Source: Gammaproteobacteria bacterium (lineage in GTDB: Bacteria > Pseudomonadota > Gammaproteobacteria > CBDBNL01 > JAAOII01). From it: a stretch of 64,000 bases of DNA. The notes under the pieces were generated by a model. The model searched no databases, was not told where the DNA came from, and saw only the letters and a program-made list of their open reading frames with translations. A program made the translations under genes and the position numbers. Shown here piece by piece: positions 62,058 to 64,000 of the stretch (its first letter is position 1; each line of letters begins with the position of its first letter). The stretch spans positions 672,001 to 736,000 of the forward strand of contig OZ242372.1 of the NCBI GenBank assembly GCA_965209035.1. The letters run 5' to 3'.

Positions 62058-63886
62058 TTACCGGTCTTGTGCCGAGAGGCCGCCCGGCAGGCAATTCAGA
62101 GCCGGGTATTGGCTGCTCATGCCGAGATCCCAGACGCGGATGAAACCGGGCGGTTGGGAAGAACTTGTCATTTCCTCGCCGGTGTCCGGATCACACCAGA
62201 AGTTACCCCAGTCGGCATAGATGCTCCCGGCAAAATCGGTCGGCGATTGCAAGTCTGTCGTGTTATGACCCTCGCCAAAATTACCGGCACTCATAGGCCG
62301 CTTGGTGGTTTGATTGTCCCAATAGGTGGCAGTGACGACGGTGTCACCATCGGTGCTGCCGATCAATCCACCGACAGTACCGGAACCTGAAACAGGCCCG
62401 GGGGCGGCATAAGAATAATTAATTTGAGCTCTTGCCCCCTTCCCAACCAGGCCGCCAGCAGCAGCACGATTCCCGCTGCCCCCGGAAACAATTCCGCCGC
62501 GCACATAGGCATGGCGAATATCCGCATCCTCACCATTCCCAACCAGGCCACCAACAGAAGAACCAAAGGAAACATCCACACCGAACACGAACGCATAGCG
62601 AATATCCACATCCTCACCATTCCCAACCAGGCCGCCGGCAACATTCCCGGAAACACTTCCACCGGACACGGACGCATAGCGAATATCCGCATTCCCACCA
62701 TCCCCAACCAGGCCGCCGGCAACATTCCCGGAAACACTTCCGCCGGACACGGACGCATTGCGAATATCCGCATCCTCACCATTCCCAACCAGGCCACCGG
62801 CAACATCCCCGATAACACTTCCGCCGGACACGGACGCATGGCGAATATCCGCATCCTCACCATACCCAACCAGGCCACCGGCAACATTCCCGAAAACACT
62901 TCCGCCGGACACGGACGCATTGCGAATATCCGCATTCCTACCATCCCCAACCAGGCCGCCCACAGCGCCGCCCACAACAGCGGTATCGCCACTGACATCC
63001 GCATTCAAGAGATGCAGATTTTGGATCTCACCGGTTAAGGCACCAAACAACCCCACTCCATAGGCAGTATTGTTCGCAGAGATGAACAGATCGGCAATAC
63101 GATAACCGACGCCGTCAAAGATTCCGGTATAAGAGGTGCAAACATCCACAGCGGAACAAGAGCCGATCGGCTGCCAGCCGCTGCCACTGAGATTCGTCCA
63201 AACAACTTGGTTGCCACTGCCCTCGGCATAGAAATCCGCATCACCAAAATTCAACGAGCGAGTCAGCTCATAACCCACACAGCCGCCGTCATCGTCATCC
63301 GGATCCGGGCAGCCCATAGAGCCCACAGAGGTGATCTCGGGGATACGGTCATCATCCTCACCATCGCCGTTCAGATCATCGCGCAGCCGCGCCAAGTCAT
63401 CCAAAGTGTGGATCTCTATCAAGCCATTATTATTGTCATCCACATCCTCATCGTCATCCCGACAACCGTCACGATCATCGTCCGTCCCCGCCGAAGAAGT
63501 CCAGCCAATCACACCGCGCGGACAAGTATCCGCAAGATCCTCCACACCGTCATTGTCATCATCTTCATCACAGGCATCACCGTCGTCATCCGCATTGTCC
63601 GTGTTGGCTTGGTCCGCATTGGCAACCAACGGGCAATTATCGTTATCATCATCCTCACCGTCACCGTCATCGTCCATATCTTCCGTCAAGGGCGATGTCG
63701 TGCAACCCGGAACAAGGCTATCCGGATTGCCGTCATTATCCGTGTCGGTACTGGCACAGGCATCTGTCCGGAACGCATCTGCGCCATTCACAGTATCATC
63801 ATCGTCAATATCTGTGCCTACACCCGCTCCCGCTCCCGTTGTGCTTGACACAGGAGGTGAGGTCCCGATAGTGCGGCTCTTATAAC
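62058..63886 (-). pseudogene. Surface lipoprotein paralog 4, 5'-truncated (no lipobox, FN3 part lost); GTG at 63851 could start a 597-aa product
   Basis: Homology to paralogs 2 and 3 stops at about 63886; in-frame TAA at about 63972; TSP3-like repeats and 8 GGL(V/I)G units intact. Confidence 0.7.
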
Positions 63887-64000
63887 TTGACTTCGGAAAC
63901 TTCTTAAAAAACCTTGATTTTATAAGGGTTTGCGGGCCGTTTTTATACCCTGCCAGCCTTTGCCTTGCCCCTTAGTGCCGGTTATTGAACAAAGCGGGTT

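Overview
Chromosomal window from a bacterium with Gammaproteobacteria-type gene order (tRNAs-tuf-secE-nusG-rplKAJL-rpoBC; dedD-cvpA-purF; iscSUA). The core proteins are divergent, and a marine or host-associated lifestyle is inferred, not shown. 1-39 kb is mostly housekeeping: infB (partial), nusA, rimP, rlmE, ftsH, acs, a Na+/solute symporter, a sugar ABC operon, acuI, isc, rpoBC and five tRNAs. It is interrupted by a head-to-tail pair of IS481-family elements. 39-46 kb is an operon I do not recognise as a named system: M23 peptidase, two bactofilins, a MotA/TolQ/ExbB channel, two different acidic-TM partner proteins and a tandem FGE/SUMF1-domain protein. 46-64 kb is a tandem array of paralogous surface lipoprotein genes with an Asp-rich TSP3-like stalk and a GLUG-repeat head; one is 2730 aa with about 42 copies of a 41-aa repeat. 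Every unit of this array ends in a copy of the right end of the IS481 element found at 7-10 kb, suggesting an IS481-end-delimited cassette array of surface proteins. The cassette array and the motor-like operon are the two strongest candidates for undescribed systems. All family assignments come from motifs recognised by eye; no database search was run.
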